From the NCBI GenBank assembly GCA_038125645.1, contig JAYPEG010000007.1:21-64020 (forward strand): a stretch of DNA of 64,000 nt, given 5' to 3'. This document shows, one piece after another, positions 18,466 to 28,963 of the stretch. Origin of the DNA: Alphaproteobacteria bacterium. Lineage in GTDB: Bacteria; Pseudomonadota; Alphaproteobacteria; Puniceispirillales; Puniceispirillaceae. The position numbers were made by a program, and so were the translations under genes. Within the stretch, counting starts at the first letter, position 1. Each line of letters begins with the position of its first letter. The notes beneath the pieces were generated by a model that saw only the letters and a list, made by a program, of their open reading frames with translations, was not told where the DNA came from and did not search any database.

Positions 18466-19130
18466 ACGAACCGGCATCGCTGAACACACAGCTGCTTGAT
18501 GCTTTACTGCTTGACTATGCTGCCGGGTCGTTGTCACGCCCGTTGGAAATATTGGTCGAAACACATCTGGCGATGAATGAAGGCAGCGCCCGTACCATGA
18601 GGCTGCTGATGCAGATCGGCGGCGTCTTGCTTGAGGATAGCGAACCTGTATCGCTGTCAGAAGGGGCACTTGAAGCGGTCATGTCAGCGATTGACGCTGA
18701 AGAGAGTAAGATTGACCCTGTGAGTGAAATCCGCATTGAGACGGCAGCATCTGTGTTGCCGCGTCCGGCGGCTGACTATCTGCCGGAACGCGGCTGCACA
18801 AAGAGCTGGCGCCGCATTGGGCTTGGCATATTTGAATGCGATATCTCATTTGGGGCTGAACAGGGACAGGCAAAATGCTATCGCATCGCGCCCGGACGGG
18901 CTGTGCCAGCCCACAGTCATACAGGGGCTGAGGTGACATTGATTCTTGCTGGCGGTTTCAGTGACGAGACCGGCAGTTACGGCCCCGGCGATATCGCCAT
19001 TCAAGAGGCGGGCAGCAGTCATCAGCCAGTGGCAGACAATGACGGTGAATGCCTTGTGTTTGCCGTCAATGAAGGGGATATCAAATTAACCGGCCCGCTG
19101 GGACGGGTTCTCAGCCTGCTGACCCCTTAA
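18462..19130 (+). CDS. chrR: ChrR-family anti-sigma-E factor with C-terminal cupin domain
   Basis: LLLDYAAGSL N-terminal anti-sigma domain and a C-terminal cupin with HSHTGAE...H ligands. 4-nt ATGA overlap with rpoE. Confidence 0.85.
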   Translation: MNEPASLNTQLLDALLLDYAAGSLSRPLEILVETHLAMNEGSARTMRLLMQIGGVLLEDSEPVSLSEGALEAVMSAIDAEESKIDPVSEIRIETAASVLPRPAADYLPERGCTKSWRRIGLGIFECDISFGAEQGQAKCYRIAPGRAVPAHSHTGAEVTLILAGGFSDETGSYGPGDIAIQEAGSSHQPVADNDGECLVFAVNEGDIKLTGPLGRVLSLLTP

Positions 19131-19594
19131 TGAGGGGCCGGTGCGGCCAGCAGCGACACAAGACAGACAACCGCCGCAAGGCTGAGATGAAGACGCAGGC
19201 GGTACAGAAAAGTCGGCCATACGCCGGTTGTCACAAGCCGCAGATCAACAAACAGCGCGCCGGCAAAACAGGCAGCAAGAAACAATGCCGCTGTGTGTTC
19301 GGGCATCAGCAGGGCTGTCCAGCCGCCAAGAGACAGAAGAACAGAATAAATCAGTGCGCTGCCGCCAGAAAAAACAGCGGACAGAGACTGGCTGACCATT
19401 ATACGTCCCCAATGCAGCCCGCCCAGAAAACTCAAAATCACAGCCCCGTAGGATAAAAGGGCGAATATGGCTGTTTGTGCGGAAATGAAAACAGGCTGAT
19501 GGGCTAGGACAGCAAAACAGACAAAGGGCAGGGCCCCGGCATAACCAAGCCAGCTGGCTATTCTCAGGGTTTGATCATCGGGCAGCTGCTGCAT
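19127..19594 (-). CDS. DUF3429 domain-containing membrane protein
   Basis: SWLGYAGALPFV and YGAVILSFLGGLHWG motifs. Its stop codon overlaps the chrR stop (TTAA). Confidence 0.75.
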   Translation of the reverse strand: MQQLPDDQTLRIASWLGYAGALPFVCFAVLAHQPVFISAQTAIFALLSYGAVILSFLGGLHWGRIMVSQSLSAVFSGGSALIYSVLLSLGGWTALLMPEHTAALFLAACFAGALFVDLRLVTTGVWPTFLYRLRLHLSLAAVVCLVSLLAAPAPH

Positions 19595-19616
19595 GTCTAA
19601 GACCTGTCCTTTTTCA

Positions 19617-20300
19617 TCATCCTATCAGGTGCAGTATATAAGGCCATATGCGGCTGACAATAACAGATACACCACCCGCATCAGGATGCAGCCCGTCAGG
19701 CTGGTTCAGATCAGGGTTCAGCGCCACCCCGTCAAGAAAAAACGGATAGAACAGAACGTCATGCTTTGCTGCCAGCTCTGCATAGAGAGCAGCAAAATCA
19801 GCAGCATAATCCGGGCCCATATTGGCCGGGGCCAGCATCCCGCATAGCAAAATATCTATATTCCGCTGCTTGAGTCGGTGCAGTATCTGGTCAAGCGCCT
19901 CTCTTGTCTGTGCAGGTGACAGACCGCGCAGCATATCATTCCCGCCAAGAATTAAAATAATGAAATCCGGCTGGTCAGCCAGAGCCCAGTCAAGGCGGGC
20001 CAGCCCGCCGGCCGTTGTATCACCCGAAACACCGGCATTCACAATTTCATGCCCAAATCCCTGTGCCCGCAGGCGGGTCTTCAGCTGGCCTGGAAAGCTG
20101 TCTGTGTGTGACAGCCCGTATCCAGCCGCAAGGGAATCGCCAAAGACCATGATTTTTGGCTCTGCCGCCTGAACAGACGGCACATTGAAAAACACGGCCA
20201 GCAGCAACAGGAGACGGGCGGTCACTGCCCGCAAATGCAGTTTCAGGCACAGCCTGTCTTGGCAAGTGACAGCCAGCGCTCCATATGAGGTAACAGGCAT
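19617..20300 (-). CDS. tesA: SGNH/GDSL arylesterase (TesA-like)
   Basis: IMVFGDSLAAGYG block I, GGND block and DGLHP block V. Divergent from the ybbA/ybbP-like genes, as in E. coli. Confidence 0.85.
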   Translation of the reverse strand: MPVTSYGALAVTCQDRLCLKLHLRAVTARLLLLLAVFFNVPSVQAAEPKIMVFGDSLAAGYGLSHTDSFPGQLKTRLRAQGFGHEIVNAGVSGDTTAGGLARLDWALADQPDFIILILGGNDMLRGLSPAQTREALDQILHRLKQRNIDILLCGMLAPANMGPDYAADFAALYAELAAKHDVLFYPFFLDGVALNPDLNQPDGLHPDAGGVSVIVSRIWPYILHLIG

Positions 20301-20352
20301 AATCTAACCCCGGTTAAAGCAATTTATCTGTATTCTGCGTCTGAGAGATAGA

Positions 20353-21096
20353 ATGACAATGACAATATCCAAGAGATATAGGCCGCAATCAGGCCCAGAT
20401 CAAGAAAGCGGCATTATAACCCTCAGCAAGGCCTGTTTATCCATGCCCGCCAGCGGCGGTCAGCTGGGTATCCTGCATGACATTGACCTGACAATACCAG
20501 CAGGCCAGCATGTTGCGGTTCTGGGGCCCAGCGGGGCAGGAAAGACCAGCCTGCTCATGGTGATGGCCGGACTTGAGATGCTGACATCGGGATCTGCCTG
20601 TTTGGCCGGGCATGACATCACTGACATGGATGAGGATAGTCTGGCACGTCTGCGGCGTGGCCATGTCGGCATTATTTTTCAGGCCTTTCGCCTGATCCCG
20701 TCCATGAGCGCTGTTCAGAATGTCGCTGTGCCGCTGGAGCTGGCCGGTAAAAAAGATGCCGTCACCCGGGCAGAACAGGTGCTTTCACGCCTTGGGCTCG
20801 GCAAGCGCCTGTCCCATTTGCCAGATCAGCTCTCTGGCGGCGAGCAGCAAAGGGTAGCCATAGCAAGGGCCATTGCTGCCCGCCCGACCATACTGCTTGC
20901 TGATGAGCCGACAGGCAATCTGGATGCCGCCACAGGCGAGACAGTGATAACAGAATTGCTGGCGGCCGCACGGTCTGTCGGTGCCGCCCTTGTTTTGATT
21001 ACCCATGATGAAACTCTTGCCACCCGCTGCCAGCGTATCCTGCGTATAGCAGATGGCCGGATTGTTTCAGACAAGCCGCAGAAGGCCAGCCGGTGA
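20353..21096 (+). CDS. ABC transporter ATP-binding protein (YbbA/LolD-like)
   Basis: Walker [10 protein letters not shown], signature LSGGEQQR and Walker B LLADEPT. Confidence 0.88.
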   Translation: MTMTISKRYRPQSGPDQESGIITLSKACLSMPASGGQLGILHDIDLTIPAGQHVAVLGPSGAGKTSLLMVMAGLEMLTSGSACLAGHDITDMDEDSLARLRRGHVGIIFQAFRLIPSMSAVQNVAVPLELAGKKDAVTRAEQVLSRLGLGKRLSHLPDQLSGGEQQRVAIARAIAARPTILLADEPTGNLDAATGETVITELLAAARSVGAALVLITHDETLATRCQRILRIADGRIVSDKPQKASR

Positions 21097-23624
21097 TGAA
21101 TGAGGGTTGGCGCCTTGCCTGGCATTATGCCCGTTGTGAGATCAGGGGATCGGTGGGGCGCTTTCGCGTTTTCCTGGTGGCCCTGCTGCTGGGCGTTGCA
21201 GCGATTGGCGCGGTGGGGTCAGTCGCAGACTCCATGCGTGCCGGCATTGATAAGAATGCCCGCAGCCTGTTGGGCGGCGATTTTGAACTGTCCAGCCGCC
21301 ACATTCCCCCTGATGCAGAGCTGCTGGCTGTGGCTGACAGTTTTGGCCAGCGCAGCAATATTATACAGATGCGGGCAATGGTTGAGGCCAGTAAACCCGC
21401 AGCCGGACGCCAGCGCAAACTAGTAGAGCTGAAAGCTGTTGACAGTAACTATCCGCTGGTCGGTGATCTGAAAACTGACCCTGAAATAGATAAAGGCACA
21501 GCTTTGGGCGCACTAGGCGCGATTGCGGCCCCGTCACTGCTGCGGGCCCTTGATGTCAGTATTGGCGACAGGCTGCGCCTTGGCGGGGCTGATATCACCA
21601 TAACTGCCGCGCTGGTGACAGAGCCTGATCAGTCAGTCAGCTTTATTGGTTTTGGCCCACGCCTGATTATCAGCCATGAAACGCTGGCAGCGACAGGCCT
21701 TGCCACACAAGGTGCCTTTATCACTTACAGAAGCCGTATCCGGCTGCATGACCAGCAGGACAGGAAAGCAGCTGAAGCCGCATTACAGCAAAAGACCATG
21801 GACAGCCATGTCCGGCTGCGCGGGCTGGCCTCTGCGGGCGGCGGTTTTAACCGCTTTGTTGAACGGGCTGAGATGTTCTTGATGCTGGTTGGCCTGACAG
21901 CCCTGCTGATCGGCGGTCTCGGCGTCAGCGGGGCCGTGCGTGCATGGTTGCTCGGCCGGATGAATGTGATTGCTACATTGAAATGTATCGGGGCCCCGTC
22001 ACAGTTTATTTTCAAGGTCTATTTCCTGCAGGTCACGGCGATCGCGGCTATCGGCGTTGCAGGCGGGGTTGTGCTGGCCGCAGTAGCCCCCTTTATTGCC
22101 GCCTTTGCCTTTCAGGGGATTGTCTCTGTGCCGCTTGAAACATCTGTGCATCCCCTGCCCCTGCTGAGAGCGGCCGCCTTTGGATTTCTGACAACATTTG
22201 TCTTTGCGCTGTGGCCATTGTCACGGGCCCGCCATATCAAGGCCGGTCATCTGTTCAGATCACTGATGACCATGCCAGAGGGACAGCTGTCACGCCCGGC
22301 TCTGGCGGGAATTATGGCTGGCTGCGGCGGGCTTCTTGCCCTCGCCCTAAACGCAACCGGCAATCTTGTTCTTGCCGGCAGTTTCATAGCTGTCAGCCTG
22401 GCAGCCATTGCCCTGCTGTCAGGGCTGGCGGGGCTGTTGTCAGCGGGTCTGCGTATGCTGCCCGCCCCGCATTATGTGCCTGCCCATCTGGCATTGTCAG
22501 CCGTGCGGCGCCGGGGCTCTCCGCTGCAGGCGATTATGGTTGCCTTTGGTCTTGGGCTGTCGGTTCTGGTTGCTGTCATTCTCAGCCAACACAATTTGGT
22601 CACCCAGCTGAATGAGCGGGCCATACGTGAGGCACCGGACTGGTTTTTCATAGATATACAGCCGCATCAGATACAGCCCTTTATCGATACAGTCACCCGC
22701 CTGTCACCCGATACGGCTATTGAAAAAACCCCTATGCTGCGCGGCCGGGTCATTGCCCTGAACGATATTCCGGCAAGCCAGCTGTCAAAACAGGTGGACA
22801 GCGCATGGATAGTACGCGGCGACCGGGCCCTAACCTGGCAGCCCCATCCCCCCGAGGACGCAAAAATCGTCCGCGGGGACTGGTGGCCAGAGGATTATCA
22901 GGGCCCGCCCCTGGTATCTGTCACACAAGAAATGGCAGAGGATTACAACCTCAGCCTGGGCGATATGATAAAATTGAATATTCTCGGCCGCACTGTGCAG
23001 GCGCGTATTGCCAATACCCGGCATGTTGAATGGGAAAGTTTCCGTATCAATTTTGTCTTTATCCTGTCGCCTGGCCTATTAGAGGGCGCACCGCACAGCT
23101 GGTTGGCAACCACGCGCTCACCCACAGGCGAGACCGCCAGCCAGATTGAACAGGCGTTAACAGATCAGTTTGCCAATATTTCATCGATTTCTGTACAGGA
23201 GGCCGTAAAAACGGTTGAGCGGGTACTGGGCCTTTTAGGAACAGCTGTCAAGCTGACTGCCGGTGTGACTCTGGTGTCTGGGCTGGCTGTGCTGGCCGGC
23301 ACGGTTGCAGCATCAGAGGCACAGCGGCTGGCAGATTCCATGATTTTAAAAATTGTTGGGGCCACACGCCGCGACATCATCATCGCATGGATTCTTGAAT
23401 ATAGTCTGCTGGCCGTGCTGACCGGCTGCGCTGCGACAGTGATAGGCACGGGCACCAGCTGGGCTCTTTTTAGCTTCTTTATCAAGGCCGATTATGCGTT
23501 AAACCCCGGGCTGGCCGTGCTGACGGCTTTTGCCGGTGCCGGTGTTACGGTATGTCTCGGGCTGTTTGGGGCGATGCGGACGCTTGGCGTGCGCCCGGCG
23601 GCCTTCCTGCAAGAGACAATATAA
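21093..23624 (+). CDS. FtsX-like ABC transporter permease (YbbP-like, duplicated FtsX domains)
   Basis: 843 aa with two FtsX-type 4-TM modules. 4-nt overlap with the upstream ATPase gene. Confidence 0.88.
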   Translation: MMNEGWRLAWHYARCEIRGSVGRFRVFLVALLLGVAAIGAVGSVADSMRAGIDKNARSLLGGDFELSSRHIPPDAELLAVADSFGQRSNIIQMRAMVEASKPAAGRQRKLVELKAVDSNYPLVGDLKTDPEIDKGTALGALGAIAAPSLLRALDVSIGDRLRLGGADITITAALVTEPDQSVSFIGFGPRLIISHETLAATGLATQGAFITYRSRIRLHDQQDRKAAEAALQQKTMDSHVRLRGLASAGGGFNRFVERAEMFLMLVGLTALLIGGLGVSGAVRAWLLGRMNVIATLKCIGAPSQFIFKVYFLQVTAIAAIGVAGGVVLAAVAPFIAAFAFQGIVSVPLETSVHPLPLLRAAAFGFLTTFVFALWPLSRARHIKAGHLFRSLMTMPEGQLSRPALAGIMAGCGGLLALALNATGNLVLAGSFIAVSLAAIALLSGLAGLLSAGLRMLPAPHYVPAHLALSAVRRRGSPLQAIMVAFGLGLSVLVAVILSQHNLVTQLNERAIREAPDWFFIDIQPHQIQPFIDTVTRLSPDTAIEKTPMLRGRVIALNDIPASQLSKQVDSAWIVRGDRALTWQPHPPEDAKIVRGDWWPEDYQGPPLVSVTQEMAEDYNLSLGDMIKLNILGRTVQARIANTRHVEWESFRINFVFILSPGLLEGAPHSWLATTRSPTGETASQIEQALTDQFANISSISVQEAVKTVERVLGLLGTAVKLTAGVTLVSGLAVLAGTVAASEAQRLADSMILKIVGATRRDIIIAWILEYSLLAVLTGCAATVIGTGTSWALFSFFIKADYALNPGLAVLTAFAGAGVTVCLGLFGAMRTLGVRPAAFLQETI

Positions 23625-23701
23625 AGGGCAGTAAAATCATTTTCTGATGCAGTTTTTTTTGCTATAGAACAGCTCTGTGAACTGGCAAAGGAGACAAGCA
23701 G

Positions 23702-24928
23702 ATGCCTGACAATCAAGTGAAAAAGGTGGTTCTTGCATATTCAGGCGGCCTTGATACCTCTGTCATTCTGAAATGGCTGCAGGAAGAATATCGCTGTGAG
23801 GTTGTTACTTTCACAGCTGATCTCGGCCAGGGCGAGGATATAGAGCCAGCGCGTGAAAAGGCACAGCTGCTTGGCATCAAAGATATATTTATAGAGGATC
23901 TGCGTGAGGAATTTGTCTCTGACTATGTGTTTCCCATGTTCCGGGCCAATGCCCTTTATGAGGGGCTTTACCTGCTGGGCACATCTATTGCCCGCCCATT
24001 GATTGCCAAGCGCCAGATAGAGATTGCCCGCGCTGTTGGCGCTGATGCGGTATCACACGGTGCCACGGGCAAGGGTAATGATCAGGTGCGTTTTGAGTTG
24101 GGCTATTATGCCCTGCAGCCGGATATCAAGGTGATCGCCCCCTGGCGCGAATGGGATTTAAGCTCGCGCACAAAGCTGATTGCCTATGCTGAGGCCCATC
24201 AGATTCCTGTTCCCACAGACAAGCGCGGCGAGGCCCCGTTCAGCGTTGATGCCAATCTTCTTCATATCTCTGCTGAGGGCAAGGTGCTGGAGGATCCCTC
24301 CCTGCCGCCGGAAGAATATGTCTTTTCGCGTACCGTAACACCTGAACAGGCACCGGACACAGCCACAGAATTATCCCTGACTTTTCACCATGGCGACCCG
24401 GTTGCCATCAATGGCAGTGCCATGTCGCCTGCCACCATCCTTGAGACATTAAACCGTGCCGGCGGTGAAAACGCCATCGGCAGGCTTGATCTGGTGGAAA
24501 ACAGATTTGTTGGCATGAAATCGAGGGGCATTTATGAGACGCCCGGCGGCACTGTATTGCTGGCCGCCAGACGGGCTATGGAATCAATTACGCTGGACAG
24601 GGGGGCGGCCCATCTGAAAGATGAGCTGATGCCGCGCTATGCAGAACTGGTCTATAACGGATTCTGGTTCTCGCCAGAGCGCCAGATGCTGCAGGCGGCT
24701 ATCGATAACTGCCAGCATATGGTTAATGGTGAGGTGCGCCTGAAACTCTATAAGGGCAACATTATCATCATCGGCCGGACATCGCCCAATTCCCTGTATT
24801 CAGAAGACCTTGTGACTTTTGAGGATGGGGCGGCTGACTATGATCACCGTGATGCCCATGGGTTTATCCGGCTCAATGCGCTACGCCTGCGTGTCAGTGA
24901 AATGGCACGCCGCCGCATGAAACCGTGA
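23702..24928 (+). CDS. argG: Argininosuccinate synthase
   Basis: AYSGGLDTS and [15 protein letters not shown] motifs. 408 aa. Confidence 0.95.
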   Translation: MPDNQVKKVVLAYSGGLDTSVILKWLQEEYRCEVVTFTADLGQGEDIEPAREKAQLLGIKDIFIEDLREEFVSDYVFPMFRANALYEGLYLLGTSIARPLIAKRQIEIARAVGADAVSHGATGKGNDQVRFELGYYALQPDIKVIAPWREWDLSSRTKLIAYAEAHQIPVPTDKRGEAPFSVDANLLHISAEGKVLEDPSLPPEEYVFSRTVTPEQAPDTATELSLTFHHGDPVAINGSAMSPATILETLNRAGGENAIGRLDLVENRFVGMKSRGIYETPGGTVLLAARRAMESITLDRGAAHLKDELMPRYAELVYNGFWFSPERQMLQAAIDNCQHMVNGEVRLKLYKGNIIIIGRTSPNSLYSEDLVTFEDGAADYDHRDAHGFIRLNALRLRVSEMARRRMKP

Positions 24929-24943
24929 CCGCAAAGGCATACG

Positions 24944-25189
24944 CTACTGCAGGTCTGTGCCTGAACAGGTCTCGCCCGCTATGCCGTCAAAGCCACGCTG
25001 TTTGAATATGACAAATCCAAGCGGTGCAAAAGCATAGCCGGAATCACGCAGACCAGAACCGCAGGGCATGGCAAATGTCAGTCCGAAACTGTCATTGCCA
25101 TTTGAATGGCTGGCAAACTCCTTATAGCTGGGTGTGTTAACGCCAATAAGCAGCGCCGCAACAAAAGCAACAGCAACCATAACAAACAT
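24944..25189 (-). CDS. Small hypothetical protein with an N-terminal hydrophobic (signal/anchor) segment
   Basis: 81-aa ORF (78 aa from the second ATG, which has AAAGGA 8 nt upstream). Codon usage looks like the neighbouring genes. It is separated from the upstream gene by a terminator. No family recognised. Confidence 0.4.
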   Translation of the reverse strand: MFVMVAVAFVAALLIGVNTPSYKEFASHSNGNDSFGLTFAMPCGSGLRDSGYAFAPLGFVIFKQRGFDGIAGETCSGTDLQ

Positions 25190-25298
25190 CCTTTCTGAGC
25201 AAATGTGTCAGTACAGACCTGAAATTATATCCAGATTCATACTTTTTCGTTTGTACAAATATACTCAGATCGGAAGTATTTTATGGCCGCTTTGCGGC

Positions 25299-25328
25299 AA
25301 AAAAAGGGACAGGAAAAATTCCTGTCCC
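25299..25328 (-). terminator. Rho-independent terminator after the PuuD-like gene
   Basis: GGGACAGG / CCTGTCCC 8-bp stem with a 7-nt loop, followed on the minus strand by 7 T. Confidence 0.75.
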
Positions 25329-25359
25329 CAATAGGGTGCCCGGCACCGTCTGGCGGCTG

Positions 25360-25941
25360 TCAGGCAAACATATTCTGCGCCACCGTCATCGATACCAGCA
25401 TAGGCAGCGACAGCAACGTGTTTGTGCGTGAGAACAGCATAGCTGTACGGGCTGATTTTGCCTTTGTTTCAGCATCTGCCTCTACAATGCCAAGCGCGCG
25501 CTTTTGGTTTGGCCAGATAACAAACCATACATTATAGGCCATAATCGCACCCAGCCACATGCCAAGCCCAATGGCCTGATCAGACTGGAAAGTCAGCGCC
25601 CCGACAAGATAGCCGTTGAGATGGCCAAGAATAAGACCGGTCACAATCGTTGACAAAGCCGCCCAGCGGAACCAGAACAGGGCTGCCGGGGCAATCACCT
25701 TGCCAATCGCTGGCTTTTGGTCATCTGGAATATTCGGCATATTGGGAATCTGAACAAAATTGAAATAATATAACAGGCCAATCCACATGATCCCAGAGAC
25801 AACATGGAACCATCTGAACAGCCAGGGCAGAAACAGCCCGGCATCAAAGCTGCCAGACTGTGCCAGCCAGATCATCACCAGAACAGCCAGGGCCAGACTG
25901 GCAAAAACAGTGTTACGCAATGAAGATAAAATGGAGCCCAC
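25360..25941 (-). CDS. Integral membrane protein resembling the N-terminal membrane domain of urate hydroxylase PuuD (function uncertain)
   Basis: WFHVVSGIMWIGLLYYFNFVQIP and the following TM helices. GTG start at 25941, 5 nt after a perfect AAGGAGG. The longer 246-aa ATG-start version adds a non-hydrophobic, low-complexity extension. Confidence 0.65.
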   Translation of the reverse strand: MGSILSSLRNTVFASLALAVLVMIWLAQSGSFDAGLFLPWLFRWFHVVSGIMWIGLLYYFNFVQIPNMPNIPDDQKPAIGKVIAPAALFWFRWAALSTIVTGLILGHLNGYLVGALTFQSDQAIGLGMWLGAIMAYNVWFVIWPNQKRALGIVEADAETKAKSARTAMLFSRTNTLLSLPMLVSMTVAQNMFA

Positions 25942-26291
25942 AACCCCCTCCTTGTTTTGACGCCGGCCCGGGCAGGACTGTCCCTTACAGCCATGCCGGA
26001 AACCGGCAATTTGCCCCTGAATGCCCCGTTGAAAAGAGCTGGAAAAGAGGCTGGAATCACAACTCTGAGAATAGCTGAATCCCGGCTTGTTTGCAAACAT
26101 TTCAAAACGCGGCAGATTTGGTTTACACTGCCATTCTTATTTGCCATTATTGCGATGCTTTATATGCCTGTTTCAGACTGAGGGGCTGTGTATCCGGTGT
26201 GGCTTTCAATCATCGTGAAGATGTGAGGGGAATGCGGCTGTGATCAATACACCCGGCATTACTTATTTCATTTCCAAGCCAAAAGGAGGCG

Positions 26292-27755
26292 ATGGCCATG
26301 CTGAAACTCAACGACCCAGAGCTGCTGAAGACTGATGCCTTTATCAATGGCCAGTTTGTAAAGGCTGAAAATGACCGCCGCTTTGACGTTGTCAATCCAT
26401 CCGATGGCCGGGTCATTGCCCGGGTGGCTGATTGTGGGGCAGAGGGAATTAAGGACGCGATAGATGCCGCAGAGGCCGCACGTCACGGCTGGGCAGGTAA
26501 AACCGCCAAAGAGCGGGCCTTTATTTTGCGTAAATGGTATGATCTGTGTCTGGCGCATGCAGATGATCTTGCGGCCATTCTGACCTTTGAGATGGGCAAG
26601 CCGCTGGCTGAGGCGAAAGGTGAAATTCTCTATGGCGCGAGCTTTATCGACTGGTTTGCTGAAGAGGCAAGACGGGTAACAGGTGATGTGCTGGAAAGCC
26701 CGTTTCCAGACAAGAAATTCATTGTCCTGAAACAGCCGGTTGGTGTTTTCGGGGCGATAACGCCATGGAATTTTCCCAATGCCATGATTACCCGCAAAGT
26801 AGCCCCGGGCCTGGCTGCGGGATGCTGCTGCGTGCTGAAACCGGCTGAACAGACACCCCTGTCAGCGCTGGCGCTTGCTGAACTGGGGCGGCGGGCCGGT
26901 TTTCCGGACGGGGTGATGAATATTGTCACTGGCATGGATGCCCCAGCAATGGGCAGCGTATTATGTGCAGATGAAAGGGTGCGTAAAATCACCTTTACCG
27001 GCTCAACTGAGGTGGGCCGGATTCTCATGCGTCAGTCGGCGCAGACAGTCAAAAAAATCAGCCTGGAGTTGGGCGGCAATGCCCCGCTGATCGTCTTTGA
27101 TGATGCTGATCTTGATCTTGCTGTAGAGGGCGCGATTGCGTCAAAATACCGTAATGCCGGCCAGACTTGTGTCTGTGCTAACCGGATTTTTGTCCAGTCT
27201 GGGATTTATGATGAATTTGCTGCTGCACTGGCTGGAAAGGTCGCGGCGATGAAGGTCGGTGATGGGTTTGAAGAGGGTGTTGTACAGGGGCCGATCATTG
27301 ACCGGCAGGGGTTTGAGAAAGTCAGGCGGCATGTTGATGATGCCTGCAGCAAGGGCGCGCGTATCATAGTTGGCGGTGCCCCACATGAAAAAGGCGGTAC
27401 GTTTTACCAGCCAACCGTGCTGTGTGACGCCACAAGCGATATGCAGCTGTTTTCAGAAGAAACCTTTGGGCCGGTTGCCGCCCTGTTCCGTTTTAATACA
27501 GAAGAAGAAGCAGTGGCAGCGGCAAATGACACAATTTTCGGGCTGGCGGCCTATTATTTCACCAGCGATGCCGGGCGCCTGTTCCGCGTTGGAGAAGCAC
27601 TGGAATATGGAATGGCTGTTGCCAATACTGGGGCCTATGCCTCTGAGGTTGGCCCGTTTGGCGGGGTGAAGGCCTCTGGTCTCGGCCGTGAGGGGTCGAA
27701 ATATGGCATTGATGAGTTTCTGGAAATCAAGCTGATGGTCATTGGCGGGCTATAA
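26292..27755 (+). CDS. gabD: NAD(P)-dependent succinate-semialdehyde dehydrogenase
   Basis: Aldehyde dehydrogenase motifs LELGGNAP and catalytic GQTCVCANR. Overall GabD-like. Confidence 0.9.
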   Translation: MAMLKLNDPELLKTDAFINGQFVKAENDRRFDVVNPSDGRVIARVADCGAEGIKDAIDAAEAARHGWAGKTAKERAFILRKWYDLCLAHADDLAAILTFEMGKPLAEAKGEILYGASFIDWFAEEARRVTGDVLESPFPDKKFIVLKQPVGVFGAITPWNFPNAMITRKVAPGLAAGCCCVLKPAEQTPLSALALAELGRRAGFPDGVMNIVTGMDAPAMGSVLCADERVRKITFTGSTEVGRILMRQSAQTVKKISLELGGNAPLIVFDDADLDLAVEGAIASKYRNAGQTCVCANRIFVQSGIYDEFAAALAGKVAAMKVGDGFEEGVVQGPIIDRQGFEKVRRHVDDACSKGARIIVGGAPHEKGGTFYQPTVLCDATSDMQLFSEETFGPVAALFRFNTEEEAVAAANDTIFGLAAYYFTSDAGRLFRVGEALEYGMAVANTGAYASEVGPFGGVKASGLGREGSKYGIDEFLEIKLMVIGGL

Positions 27756-27777
27756 AATAAATTACAGGCTGAGACCA

Positions 27778-27804
27778 AAGGGGGACTGCACAGCCCCCTT
27801 TTTA
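27778..27804. terminator. Short GC-rich hairpin with T-tract between convergent gabD and a dehydrogenase gene
   Basis: AAAGGGGACTGCACAGCCCCCTTTTT. A-tract on the 5' side and T-tract on the 3' side, so it could act in both directions. Confidence 0.5.
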
Positions 27805-27824
27805 ATCCGCACTAACCAGCCAGT

Positions 27825-28694
27825 CTAGCGGCGGCGCAACAGCCTTATCAGGCTGGATGTATCATTGCGGCCAAATCCATTATTTGACAGCGCGGCATAG
27901 AATTGGGCGACAATGGCTGTGACAGGCAGTTCTGATCCATTCTGCGCGGCCTCTGCCAGACAGATACGCAAATCCTTGCGCATCCAGTCAACGGCAAAGC
28001 CAAAATCAAACTCATCACGCACCATGGTCGTGCCGCGGTTTTCCATCTGCCATGATTGGGCCGCCCCGCCAGAGACAACATTCAGCACCCTGTCCATGTC
28101 AAGACCGGCATTCTGGCCGAAATTAAGGGCCTCTGACAGGCCCTGCACCAGACCGGCAATGCAGATCTGATTGACCATCTTGGTCAGCTGTCCGGCCCCA
28201 GCGGCGCCCATATGCGTTACACGCGCGCCATAGCAGGCCATCAGGGACTCTGCCCGGCCATATGCAGCAGCATCACCGCCGCACATAACTGTCAGCTTGC
28301 CATTTTCAGCCCCGGCCTGGCCCCCGGAAACAGGCGCGTCAATAAAATGCAGCCCCTTATCGCGTGCAGCTGCATAGAGCTCTCTTGCCACATCAGCCGA
28401 GGCGGTGGTGTTGTCAATAAAAACAGCATCAGCAGCCATGGTGGAAAAGGCACCTTTAGGGCCTGTTGTCACAGCGCGGATATCCGCATCATCACCGACA
28501 CAGGCAAACACAAACTCTGCCCCGTCAGCCGCGGCTGCAGGGGTAGGGGCCGCCCGGCCGCCATGCTGGGCTGCCCATTTTTCCGCCTTTTCAGATGTCC
28601 GGTTATAAACAGTCACCTGATGTCCGCCGGCAGCCAGATGACCTGCCATCGGATAGCCCATGACCCCAAGCCCAAGAAACGCAACTTTTGCCAC
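27825..28694 (-). CDS. NAD(P)-dependent beta-hydroxyacid dehydrogenase (3-hydroxyisobutyrate dehydrogenase family)
   Basis: VAFLGLGVMGYPMAGHL Rossmann motif and DAPVSGG motif. Confidence 0.85.
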   Translation of the reverse strand: MAKVAFLGLGVMGYPMAGHLAAGGHQVTVYNRTSEKAEKWAAQHGGRAAPTPAAAADGAEFVFACVGDDADIRAVTTGPKGAFSTMAADAVFIDNTTASADVARELYAAARDKGLHFIDAPVSGGQAGAENGKLTVMCGGDAAAYGRAESLMACYGARVTHMGAAGAGQLTKMVNQICIAGLVQGLSEALNFGQNAGLDMDRVLNVVSGGAAQSWQMENRGTTMVRDEFDFGFAVDWMRKDLRICLAEAAQNGSELPVTAIVAQFYAALSNNGFGRNDTSSLIRLLRRR

Positions 28695-28963
28695 AATAAA
28701 TCTCCCTTGATATCAGCAATGCCTGAACAGCCATAACGCCAGCATATGCGATGTGTCAGCCTGTCAGAATGAAATGAGCGGTATGCCCCAGACCTACCAT
28801 ACGACCAGCAGGTGCAGCAAGTCCAGCCCACAGCCATGGCACAGCCGCTGATTTTGCCCCTTTGTTGCAGTTTTGATCTTTATCAGACCCCCGGGCATGT
28901 TATGATGACCGGGCTGTTCACTGATATGTTGAGCTGCAAACAAAAAAAGGGGGAGGGGCAGTC

